From Wallemia ichthyophaga EXF-994 (Eukaryota; Fungi; Basidiomycota): 62,000 nt of DNA. Shown piece after piece: positions 11,245-23,058 of the stretch. Numbering within the stretch: the stretch's first letter is position 1; every line of letters begins with the position of its first letter. The notes beneath the pieces are model-generated. The model was not told where the DNA came from, did no database searches, and saw only the letters and a list, made by a program, of their open reading frames with translations. The DNA lies in contig NW_008806274.1 of the NCBI RefSeq assembly GCF_000400465.1, positions 510,244-572,243 of the forward strand, written 5' to 3'. A program made the position numbers and the translations under genes.

Positions 11245-12316
11245 CGACGTACGGGAGAGAGAGGGAAATAAGCAATCCATACTTAATAATTACAACGCTT
11301 TTTTGTATATTGGGCTACCGTACAGATTGCAGGCTGTTAAATCGAATCCTCATTCTCAGATTCGTGAGGGTACCTGTGACCGGTGTGCAAGAGGACGATC
11401 TAGGTTCTTGATTGCCATATTGCCAGTCGCCGTTGAAGCATGCTATGTCAAAATGGATGTTGCTAAGGCTTTACAAAGAGATGTGCTTCATTCCCAGTGG
11501 ATGCTCACAGGATAATCTTATGTCAGTGAGCTTCACGTCCGCCCGAGAACTACCAGCTAGCCCGATATGTGCGTGGCGCAAAATCTGGATGCTTCGGATG
11601 TGTCGCGTAAGTCTATTTGTGAACAAATGAAACTTTTGTCAGTCAGCCCGCAAGTTGAGATGTTCTTGGTTGCTGAATTTGATCAAGATTAATGAAATGC
11701 TAAGATTACATTCAAAAGCCACGAAGATATTCACTTATCCTTGAGCCCGAGTTCAATGGCTGAAGTTAATAATATGGTTTTTTCACCAAACAATGGCTTA
11801 AGCCTTCAATTTTACCCGGCTTGCCAAGGAGACCACAACGTCTTCCGAAGCCGAAGCCACTTAAGCCGGAAAATCTTCATCCAACCAAAAGTACCCAAAG
11901 GAATCACCTCACATTCAGGAAAAAGGTTAGTTCTAGAATACAGATACCAGTGAGCAGCTGGAAGAGCTATACTCAACCCTAGACTCTTGAACCTTACTGC
12001 CAGAAAGAAGATTGCTACGCGATCACAAAAAGCAAAGTCAAGAAAAGCTCATATCTGTATCATCAATACAGCTGATTTCGAAAAGAAAAAGTTCAGTTTG
12101 GGTAAATTCATCAGAATGGCATGGTCAGGCCGTAAGGTGAGATGTCGCAATTCCCATATCTCACAGGGTTGAGAGAAATTTTAATCAGGAAAGCTGTCTA
12201 CGGAAAGGGTTTAATTCCAGCAACAAATACAAATCAGCCACCCGTACATTCATCACTTGGCTCCCCACCTGGTTCACCCCACATAAACAACGCCGAGTTG
12301 CCGACAAAGGCGCGGG

Positions 12317-12601
12317 ATGCAGTGAGCAAACTGCAATTCCAATACTATAAATAATTCTAATAAATATCATTGTAACAGAAATGTTGGTGGTAATCGTCAA
12401 TGCCACGCTTGCTATAATTATCAGAGGACGCATAACACTCAAATATCGGTACATCTGCAACAGGCTTTAGCAGAAACGATCGAAGGCCTGGGTATACAGT
12501 GTGCAAACTGCACTAACACTACTACAAATCATTGGTACAGAACTATTAGTGGTCATATTAGCTTAAAAAACATATTTAATTGCATTAACCAACTAATGTA
12601 A
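12317..12601 (+). pseudogene. degenerate tandem GATA-type zinc-finger sequence (pseudogene fragment or tail of a lineage-specific spliced gene)
   Basis: One frame reads MQ*ANC...RQCHACYNYQRTHN...GIQCANCTNTTTNHWYRTISGH; CANC-x-W and CxxCY motifs resemble GATA fingers; in-frame TGA at 12323-12325. Confidence 0.45.
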
Positions 12602-12876
12602 CCTATATCAGCAGTGAAATAGTGAGTTGATATCTATATCTAAATCTACATCTACGTCATCATATTTACAAGATACTGTTGGCAGCTCTTTGCCATACAC
12701 TCCTTCGATTCTGCTAAACCAGCAATAAACACCTTTTGCATTTTAAATCATCAAAAGTTTCTACTTATTCCTTGCACTTTCTCCTTCATCATAGAAATCG
12801 AGTTAGTTTGAGAATTTAGCTGTCACATCAAACTTCGTTTATTTGACATACCCTTCTACATCATTGGGACCCAATA

Positions 12877-13369
12877 ATGAAAGATGTCGTCGATTACGAT
12901 AGAGGCAGACGCTCTGATGCCGTCAAATACGCTCAAAGCCTTCAAATTTGGCACGGTACTATTGGAATGATTAAGTACACTTGTTACGGTAGCATTCTCG
13001 TTTATCTCGCAAATATGCGCTTCCCATGGGTGCAAAAACAAACGCTCGCTGGCAAGGCTTTCGTTGTTAGCTCTTTCTCTATCTTTGGGTGCGTTTTGCG
13101 TTTTTCACATGACACAATCGATAACACGACTCGATTCCTCACTCAGTCTTGTCGTATCCGCTGATAGCCACCTATTGTCCCATGAGAGGCAGCAGGGCTC
13201 CGTTGAGAATGAAGTCAGGCGGCGCGCTCTAGAAGATCTTAGCGCTAATCACGGCATCGTTGCCAGTGAGGGTCAGATTAGGCGCTGGGTGATGAAAAAG
13301 AAAGCAGAGGCCGAGGCCGAATCGAAAGAGGAATCTAATGTACTGTATAATGTACCTTCTACACAATAA
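12877..13369 (+). CDS. small two-TM protein, possibly a HIG1/Rcf3-like mitochondrial inner membrane protein
   Basis: Two exons ...FPWVQKQTLAGKAFVVSSFSIFG|LVVSADSHLLSHERQ...; two hydrophobic segments; family assignment from memory only. Confidence 0.6.
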
Positions 13370-13374
13370 TTTGT

Positions 13375-14294
13375 CTAAACGTGCACTCTTTTTGCAATCA
13401 ATTTGCTGTATGCTTCCTCTACTTTGGCCCAGTCGACAACCTTCCAGAACTCCTTTATGTATTCTTCTCTTCCCCATACGCCAAAGTCATTCATGTAGCA
13501 CCTCTCTGAAACGCTCAAGCAGAGCAGGGGAGTGAGCACATCACCCGTTTCCGCTAATGCTCTCGTCTCCTGGTTCAAAGTGCTGTATTCTCTTGATTGA
13601 GATGGCGCGTGTGCTGCTGGGCTTGCATGGGTTGTGTGACTTGGTGAACTAAGTGGTTTTCCACTCTTCTCCAAAGTGCTATTGCTGCTCATTCCAGCCT
13701 TATCGAGACTAAAATTGCTCCACAAGCCACGTTGTTGCCTGCTACGCACCAAAACTGTTCCAGCACCGTAAGTAGTAACTATGCCAAGTGTTCTCGAGCT
13801 ATCGCTAACGAGCCAGACGTATCCCGAACCAGTGAGCGCACTAGCAGCAGCACCAAACTGTGACTTAAACCCTTCTAAACTTCCAAAGCTTTTCTCAAGC
13901 TGGCTGACAAGGTAACCTCTTGGATCCTGTGGTTCAGACGTTTGAGTCAAATTTGATAAGAAGAAGCTGTTGTTGAGTGCCTCGGATGCATAATTGAATG
14001 CCAGTACATTCTGCCTGTTTGTTGCCGAATTGATCACCGTCTGAACCACTGAGAGATTCTCGAGTTCTGTGTCTGTGTCGGCGTATAAGCGATGCAATAT
14101 TCTCGAAAAATGCACAAACCTCTAACTAAATCGTTAAGCCTATTCAACAATCCTTCTTGCCACTGCTGAGATACAATTTGCAGCGTCTTTGGGCTCATGA
14201 ATCCAGCCAATCCTTTATCGACATTGAATTTCGAAGCTGGGACGCTATGATATTGGCGTACACCACTTAGCCTGCTTAATCCAGCTCTCAGCAT
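13375..14294 (-). CDS. SOD-fold mitochondrial small ribosomal subunit protein (Mrp1/mS43 or Rsm26/mS42 type)
   Basis: Mitochondrial presequence MLRAGLSRLSGVRQYH; Fe/Mn-SOD fold segments (FNYASEALNNSFF, GSGYVWLV, FWKVVDW) lacking metal ligands (SVSERCY in place of DxWEHAY). Confidence 0.8.
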
Positions 14295-14361
14295 TTTTCT
14301 TTACGCTTTTCGCTTTGGAAGATGAACGATGAGCTTCAAGAAGTACGCCCAACAGACATCC

Positions 14362-17300
14362 ATGGGAATATCTCACTCGCGCTCATTCAGCTTAGACTCG
14401 TTTGTCGCAGAGATCGGCAACGACGTCAGCTACGATAGGAGGTGTGCTGCTTATCTCTCTCCACCGCCGCTGGTCGCTCATCCACCGCTAGTCTCGGCAA
14501 CTCCCGCTTCCTCAAGGCGATACGCGGCAAGAGCAGAAGCGGGCGGATCATAGTAAAGGTCTTTACCAAGGCTGATCCATCCGTTAACCTCTCGTCTTTC
14601 ATCCAGCGCTTGAAGAGTGGGTATCGATGACGTTGATGGCCGATATCTTACGCTTTACATCTTACAACAGAGGAAAAATCGCAGCTCGTCGGTATCAGCA
14701 ATGTTTATGCCTTTCAAACCTTCCTCGAAACTGACAAGGCTGGCTACATGATCCGCCAGTACATCGGCACAAATCTCTACGACAGAGTTAGTACACGTCC
14801 ATTTCTATCCACAGTAGAGAAGAAATGGATAGCATTTCAGTTGCTATGCGCCCTACAAGACTCGCATACTTGTCAAGTACCTCACGGTGATGTGAAATCC
14901 GAGAATGTTTTGGTGACATCATCAAATTGGGTTTATTTGACAGACTTTGCAAGCGTGAAGCCTTCACATTTACCTCTAGATGATCCATCAGACTTCAGTT
15001 TGTACTTTGATACTTCTGCGCGGCGCACTTGCTACCTTGCACCAGAGAGATTCTTCGATAACGATAGTGATATAGCTCACTTTCGTCAATTGATACTGGA
15101 AAAGGGTACAGCTAATGTCGATACCCAAGACAAACTTGTTGTCACCGAAGCAATGGATGTCTTCTCGGCTGGTTGTGTCATCGCTGAATTGTTCTTAGAA
15201 GGCACACCACTATTCACTCTATCACAGCTGCTGAGATACAAAGAAGGCAACTACAACCCCTCATCTGTTATCTCCCAGATTGATGACCAGGAGGTTAGGG
15301 TGGGTGTTGTCTCATACACAGAAATATTCTTCTCTGACTATTAATACAGCATCTCATCACGTCAATGACTCAAATGGATCCATCCGAAAGATTGTCATTT
15401 TCTGGGTACCTAGCTGAATATAGACAGAAGCTGTTCCCTAATGTCTTTTACACTTTCTTGCATGACTACTCCGCTCAAATCCTCGAACCAATCCAACAGC
15501 CACCCAATTCGACCTTTGTTGCTCCATCCAATACCTCAGCGACCCCCTTTGATACCTTCCAAGCTAACAACCAGATTCAAACACCCAATCATGTGAAATA
15601 TGTACCTGAGGAGAGAGTAGAGAAGTTGTGGAATGATTGGCTGGAGATATCCAGCAACTTCGATGAAAAGTATTGCCAAATCAAGGAAGAATTAGATGAG
15701 GATGACTTCGTTGATGGTGTATGTGCTCAAGTTTTCTTGAGCTTTTTACTGACCTGTATAAGGCTGTCTTCCCTGTTCAGCTAAGTATACCAAATGTCAA
15801 GCCTCTTCTCATGGTGAGAAAAGATAACATAGACTCTAGTGACGGTGAAGGTAATTATTTTATTCATTGGCTATACGACTTGGCTAACAACCGAAAGATG
15901 GTGCTGCTCTAATTGTATCAACATTGCTGTGTTCGAACATTCGCAATTGCATCAAGCCTAGCTCAAAGATGAAAGCTTTGGAACTGCTGCTCGCAGTAAG
16001 CAGCTATTTGAAAGATGACACAAAGCTCGATAGGATCATACCCTATATGGTTGATCTACTAAGCGATGCAAGTGCAAATGTGCGAGCATCAACCCTTCGT
16101 AATATAACGCAAATGGTGAGCAGAGATTGCTATTTAACAACCGCCACTTATGCATCTCTAGCTACTCATTGTCGGAAGCATCACACCTGCCAACTCAACC
16201 ATTTTCATCGAATACCTCCTTCCACTTATCCTGACACTAGCCAGCGACAGCTCCGAGCTAGTGAGGTCTACTTTAGCTCAGTGCATCGCGCCTATTGCAG
16301 AGACAGGACAAAAGTTCCTCAACTTGGCTGAATCGATGAAGTCAAACAATACATACACGGCGAATGAAGGTGTTGAGAAAATGTTGCTAGATGGGAACGA
16401 ATCTTTTGAGGTAGGAGTTCTGCACTGACGAAAAATTTACTGACAACATACCCAAGAACTCGTATGAAACATCGAGGCAAGACTTGCAGGTTTTCATACA
16501 GGATATCGTAGCCACTCTGCTTACAGATTCGTCATCGATGGTCAAAAGATCGTTACTACAGGATATCATCCCCCTTTGTCTCTTTTTCGGCGCTGCTAAG
16601 TCCAACGACTTACTCCTTACTCATATCAACACATACTTGAATGATAGAGATTGGGAACTGCGCTCGGCTTTCTTTGATAGTGTTGTCGGCATAGCTACTT
16701 GCATTGGAGGAAAGTCCGTCGAAGAGTACATTCTCCCATTGGTCATACAAGCGCTGTCAGATGCTGAAGAAAATGTCATTGTTAACGTCCTTAATTCCAT
16801 ACGCAAGCTTGCTGAGCTGGGTTTGATTAAGAAGGTGCATGTCTGGGAATTAATTGGTATTACATATCCTCTCATTGTTCATCCGAATAAGCGAATTCGA
16901 CAGAGTGAGTAGGACTTCGTGTCAATAGCTAGGCTAACTGGGTCAGATATTATTACGTTCATAAGCGTGGCTGTATCTAGGCTACCAGAGACTGATACTT
17001 GGTGCATAATCTACCCACAGTTAACATCCTTACTGAGTGGGCAGATTAGCAGCATAGATAGCGACTCATTGAACGAAGCCGCTTTACCACCGGTGCGTAT
17101 TAATAACTAGCCAAACTGTCCTGACAAATTGTAAGCTCTCGAGGACGCTTTTTGAGATTGCCCAGGAATGGTCCCTCGAAGTACCCAAGTCCCCATTCTG
17201 GAGGAATGGCGTCATGTATCAAACAATTGGCCTCAAGGAAGGGCTACGAAGTTTGCACAACGGCATATACAAGCAAGTTCCCAAAGTTGATACTCAGATA

Positions 17301-19694
17301 TGTGATGACGACAAGCCTTACATTGATAGAATGGCAGAGGTGGGCTTCACAAAAGATGATGAAATCAAACTCGCCTACCTTCGTTCGCACATCTCCATGT
17401 TCGCTCGGGCTCAGGAGAGTAGGTCAAGTGTCAATGGTGGTGACCAGCCGAAAAAGGAGGACATCGATAAAGTAATTGCTCTCTCTGATCTCAAGGTAGC
17501 TCCACAGACGGTGTTTATTGGTCTTAAAAGCTCCAATCTGATTTCAGGGACACTTGAAGCCAACGTCAAGAGCAGAAGCAATTTATCGAAGCAGCGGAGT
17601 ATTGAGAGCTGGTCTAAGCAGATTTCGTCTATTTCTCAGCGTAATACGCCTAGCAATGAACACGCTAGACCACAAGTTTCTAATCGGGTCGATGTGATGG
17701 ACTTGCGTAAAAGATTGGCACAACCACAAACCTCTTCTGTTGAGCCAGTCGCTACGAGAGAAGCGGATAATGGTAGTAGACGGGAATCCAGCACGACACT
17801 CGATACAATGCATTCCACATCTCCTCGTATGAATGATCTAGCTGGATTCGGAAACAATGATACAAGTCCACCAGAACCTGGCTCGTACGCAGGCTCGCCT
17901 ACACTCAGCGTTGTGCGACCACAAGCAATTGGTAAACGCAGCGGGCCTTTGCCTGGCGACGGCCAAAAAGCTGCTGCTGCAGTCGGGTCTGTAAATACCA
18001 ATGCTATAGGCATGCTCGAGGTACCTGGTCGGGAAGCGCCTGGTGAGGAGCAAGGCCAGAACAGCAGTCAGACACCCAACACCGGCGGTGGAAACACCAA
18101 TCCTAGAATCAATTTGAAAAGTGCAACATACCAGCACACATACGAGGGTGGTGACACTGCGATATTGAAGATGCTCGATAGTGTATGCAGGGAAACGTTA
18201 CGCGAGCCTCTTGTCGAGTTTGGTAACACTTTACCACCACCGCTCATCAAAAGGCGTAGAAGCCCTTATAGTCAGAACGACGAACCGCCCTCGTTACGGC
18301 TAGTTGGACAATTCAATGAGCATGAAGGGGGTTTGACGTGTGTTGCAGTCTCCTCAGATCATGTCTTTTTCGCTACAGGTTCTCATGACCACACTGTCAA
18401 AATATGGGATACCGCGAGATTGGAGAAGAATGTTACGGCCAAGTCGCGCCACACTCTACGGAGATCAGCTGGGATTAGTGCAATAAGCATGATCGAGAAC
18501 ACTCACTCACTAGCTGTCGCATGTCGTGATGGTACTGTTGTGATATACAGAGTTGATGTGTCTCAGGGCACAACGCTTCCACGGTATGCTGCTGATGTTA
18601 ATGATGTTCCTGTCGTTCGTGAATTCAGTCTCAATGGCGCAAGCGAAGGTGAATATGTGACATGGATGTATCATTACAGCAGCGACACAAGCAGCAACTT
18701 GGTGTACACGACCTCGTTTTCTAGACTGTGTATTATCGACTTGAGAACGACGCTACCTACGATGGACATTGACGGCCCTGCGTGGCATGGTCCTATAGTT
18801 AATGCGTGTATAGATCGCGACAGGACGTGGGTAGTTACTGGTACAATTTTCGGCTGGCTCGCTTTATGGGATATTAGATTCGGGATAATGGTGCACGCGT
18901 GGCGATGTAGGAATGGTGGTGGAATCACCCAAGTCAATATGGATCCTTCGAGTGACCAGCTCGTTGTGGTCTGTGTAGACGACGTTAATGGTTCTCGGAC
19001 GGTTGTAGAGGTGCACAACGTGGCCACTAGGCAGATTGTCGATGTATACGAGTCGCAAGGATCCGCATACAAGAGTAACAGTGATGGACTTATGGATGTG
19101 TATGGTAGTGGTAGTTCTGCTGAGGCTATTGAGAAGCTGGCAAACACAGATACCACCAATTATGCTCAGAGCGTTCCACCTTCTAGTGAGGCGGGTCGCT
19201 CGCTTCTGATAGGACCGGCTACTAAGCGATCTGGAGGAATTTGGTATGATTTTGGTAATGCGACTGGTCACGCAAATGCTCAACTCAACGCTAGCGGATG
19301 GGTATTCGAAGATATCAAGTCGAAGAAAGAGACAGCAATGCCTAAGAAGCGATTTGTGTTGATCGGTACGAATGCACATGAAATTAAGTGGTGGAATCTT
19401 GGTGATAAATCGTGGTATAAGTCTGCTGTTTTAAGCGGTAAAGCGGCTGATACTAGGGAGTATATCGTGCGGCAGGACGAATCCGATGCGAGAGACGTAC
19501 ACTACGAAGAGAAGGTAGGAGTGCAAGCGCAAACGAGAAGAAGCAGCAAGGAGACACAGGTGAATGAACAGAATGATAGGCTGATGCAGTGTCACAGTCA
19601 TTCTGTAGAAGTCTTGGCCGCGATCGAGCTGCCGTTCCGCGCATTAGTAAGTGGTGACAGGAGTGGGGTAATGAAAGTATGGCGGGTGGATTGA
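14362..19694 (+). CDS. VPS15: Vps15 PI3K regulatory kinase (kinase + HEAT + WD40)
   Basis: MG- start, EKKWIAFQLL, HGDVKSENVLVTSSNWVYLTDFAS, RRTCYLAPERF, HEAT region DRDWELR, WD40 GSHDHTVKIWD...SGDRSGVMKVWR; multiple short introns. Confidence 0.95.
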
Positions 19695-19777
19695 GTTGTG
19701 TGTGACTCTCTCCTGTAAATTTATGTAAAATTCATGTACCATAAGCACTTGACAGACTACCGTCATCGTCAGCGATA

Positions 19778-20428
19778 ATGGAAGATTTATTTAGCATACT
19801 GATAGCTGTTGGAGCTATATACGGATTCTATAGATGGTTCAACTCGAGCACAGCCCCAGCTAGCAGCAGCAGCAGCAGTAGCAATGGCGGTGGCTTATCC
19901 AATAGTGAGCTGGAAGTAATGACACAATAAAGAGACTAATTGTAGGACATGCAGTCAGGCAAGCTGATGTACAGGCGCTGCGTACACTTTTCCCCCAGAT
20001 AGACAATTCAGCGCTTGTTTACGATTTGATGGAGACTCGGTCGATTGAACGGACTGCAGAGAACGTGTTGCGTCGCGGGAGGCTGACTACGGTGAGTGAC
20101 TGGGTGGCTGGCTGGTTTTATAGTGCACTGCTCACTCGGCTTGCAGCCTCCATACGGTTTTCAGCTGCCGTCGCATCTCGTCGTCGAACCGCTTAGCGAA
20201 TCATTGCCGAACAACACTGGTAACAGCACCAGTAGCACAAAGGACACACATAAGAACCTCATAAAGAAGTACAATCTCGAGGACAAGGACGTGGATTCTA
20301 TCAACGTCAATAACGGCTGGGGGACAACAACCGGCGAGCGCGATAGACAGTTTAAAGAGCGCAAGGCTAAGATGATCCTTGAGGCGCGTAGGAAGCTGAT
20401 TGATAAGAAGAAGAGAGAGGTGGCTTAG
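19778..20428 (+). CDS. ER-anchored CUE-domain protein (Cue1/Cue4-like)
   Basis: N-terminal TM MEDLFSILIAVGAIYGFYRWF; CUE-like LFPQIDNSALVYDLMETRSIERTAENVL; C-terminal NLIKKYNLE...ERKAKMILEARRKL. Confidence 0.75.
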
Positions 20429-20633
20429 ATGACGTGTATATCTGATAAAGGGATACCTACAAAGTGATATAAGTGAGAAATGATTGAGATACAAGAATCT
20501 TAGACAAGAGAAGAATGAGAGGAGTAATGAGACAGATGAAAAAGATAATAATATAAAAAGATAGAAAACTTAAAAGAGATAAAGGTAGCCTAGGTGGGGT
20601 ATCTAGAGAGTAGATATAAGACGATTAGATACT

Positions 20634-21622
20634 CTAACAACAGGACCAGCCGTTGTTGCTGCTTGACGGTGCTCGAGACATGGACGATGATGATTGAACG
20701 AGGTTGCTGTCTGACATGACGCTGCCATCGCCAGGGGTGGATGAGGATAGGAAGATGGATTCCCTGTGTCTGGTGGCTTGTTCTCTTGCCAGTTTTGCCT
20801 TGGACTGTACAAGTTTGCGCGATATGTGCAGGAAGAGGTCGTTGATCCCGCTGTCATCCTTAGCGGATACTTCGAGGAGTGTAATTTGATCGATGAGGTT
20901 GTCTGTGGGTGTATCAAGAGTACCAGGGGTACCAGGAGTGTCAGAAGTGTCGTGGAAATTTGTATGTGAGTTGTTGGAGTAAGACCTGGCAATTGAGGAT
21001 GACATACTTGTTGATCGAGATCTGTTTATCCTTGTTGGCTTCTCATAGGGAAGTTCCTGGTTGCGCATGACTTCAACAAAGTCAGAGCTGTGCTCAGCAG
21101 TCCACTCCTTTATCTTATCCTTAGCATGATTGAAATCAACCTTACGCTGTGACTCGAGATCAGATTTAGAGCCAACGATAGCGATTAAAATGGATTGATT
21201 GAGATTATCTGTCAGCTCAGATAGCCAAGTCTTTACTTGTAGGAAAGAATTGTAGGATGTGATATCGTAGACGATGATAGCAGCATGAGCACCACGGTAG
21301 TAGAGTGGAGTGAGAGCCTTGAAGCGCTCTTCACCAGCGGTATCCCAGATTTGGATTCTTACGCGTGTTTTATCGATAGTCAATTTCCTGGAGCATATCA
21401 GCTGTGTTTATCATGTGTTTCGGCGCACTGACTTTGTGAGGAACGAAGCGCCGATAGTGGCAGCAGTAGTGTTCTGACTAAATAGCCCACTCGTGTATCG
21501 CTCTGCGAGTGATGTTTTTCCAACGCCTTTTTCAAATGTAAGTGATACATACGCAGCCACGGCGACACTTGCTCACGCTGAGTACCAAGGATCACGACCT
21601 TTGCTTCCAACTCAGATTGCAT
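20634..21622 (-). CDS. Rab-family GTPase (Rab5/22-like) with Ser-rich insert and atypical G motifs
   Basis: EAKVVILG...VGKTS, TIGASFLTK, IWDTAGEERF, YYRGAHAAIIVYDIT, EVSAK, C-terminal CC; two introns. Confidence 0.9.
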
Positions 21623-21708
21623 TGGATCTGTACTTGAAGAGGAAACATATCTTGGTCTCCTTTTTCCGCTCATTTACATTTACTTGAGTCTCTTCAACCA
21701 ACCACCAA

Positions 21709-22568
21709 ATGGAGAGTGAAGCTTCGTCTAAACTCACTCAACTAAATATTGAAAAACTTTCAAGGCCTTCAAAGCCTTCAAGGGCCTCATCCGTCGATAC
21801 AAAGACTAGTGCTCCCGTCGCAGACGTAAATGGTCTCGGTTGGCCAGGTTTGTTCTGTCGTCATTCTAGGCATACCCACTCACCCAACTCACAGCAAAAT
21901 CAACTCTTCAGCGCCTGAAGGAAACTCCCGATCAGAAAGACGCTAGAACCGCTAAGCTCACCGGGGCCGTCAAAACTCTTCTCGAATGTATCGGCGAGGA
22001 TCCCTTAAGGGATGGTCTACTCAAGACTCCAGAGAGATATGCAAAGGCTCTCCTCTTCATGACCAAAGGATATGAGGAGAAGCTGAGCGATGTTTTGAAT
22101 CAGGCTGTGTTTGAAGAAGATCACGAGGAAATGGTTATCGTGAGGGATATCGATGTCTTTTCATTATGCGAGCACCATCTTGTTCCTTTCAATGGTAGAG
22201 TGCGTTAAATTGATACCTCTCTTGCTCTATTGACTCACCCTGCGCAGATTTCAATTGGATACATACCCAACAAGAAAGTTCTCGGTTTGTCTAAGCTTGC
22301 TAGACTTGCTGAAACTTTCGGTCGCCGTTTGCAAGTTCAAGAACGTATGACGAGACAGATTGCTCTTGCTATCGAAGAGGCTATTCAACCACAGGGTGTG
22401 GCTGTCGTTATGGAGGCTAGCCATATGTGCATGGTTATGAGGGGTGTACAGAAGCCATCAGCAACTACCGTTACGTCTACAATGCTGGGTTGCTTCCGCC
22501 ATTCTGCTAAAACTCGCGAGGAGTTCCTTACTTTGATAAGGACACCAAAATCAACATTTCCTTATTAA
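21709..22568 (+). CDS. FOL2: GTP cyclohydrolase I
   Basis: [63 protein letters not shown]; two introns. Confidence 0.95.
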
Positions 22569-23058
22569 TTATTAGATTAGGCTTGCCTTGAGCGTTGAAA
22601 ATGGTACATTTTGCTACCATCTGCTCCTGCTCTCTGCTACCTTCTGATGCGTTATGGACTATTTATTTTCTATCACTCAGCTAATTCAACTTGAAAGCAC
22701 TCTTCGTACTCATAAATATACTAACACGGTATGTTGTACCACTATCCTTGCCTCTTTTAGCCATTCAACTGTGTTAACTGTTTATCGCATGAATTTGTCT
22801 CATTATAATGAAAATTTGTCTCCTTCATCCTGTGATTTGCATATCAGAAATCGCGACCCTTGTGCTTGTCTGCTTCCTGTCAATTTATCAAGTCCTTTTC
22901 TTATATTATAATTTATGGCTCAAGTCGATGGCATCACAAGCTGATAAATTTCCGTGAACCTGGGAACGAGCCGGTTAATGTTCCGCAACTTCTACAGTGC
23001 AGCTATCCTCCTCTTCATCACAACGAAAACGTCATCTCCATCTTTCATCTTAACCGCC

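Noticed and set aside
12323-12325. Selenocysteine codon
   Set aside because: Sec is not known in Dikarya, no SECIS was recognised, and Zn-finger Cys is not a typical Sec site; a nonsense mutation or new intron is simpler
13375-14294. Fe/Mn superoxide dismutase
   Set aside because: Metal-ligand His/Asp residues are absent; this fits the known SOD-fold mitoribosomal proteins
20429-20633. GA-rich low-complexity tract
   Set aside because: Ordinary convergent 3' UTR composition with no defined repeat unit
22569-23058. Possible small gene or ncRNA in the 490-bp FOL2-THO2 gap
   Set aside because: Short ORFs are not protein-like, the only GT-AG candidate is ~32 nt, and no snRNA or snoRNA motifs were recognised
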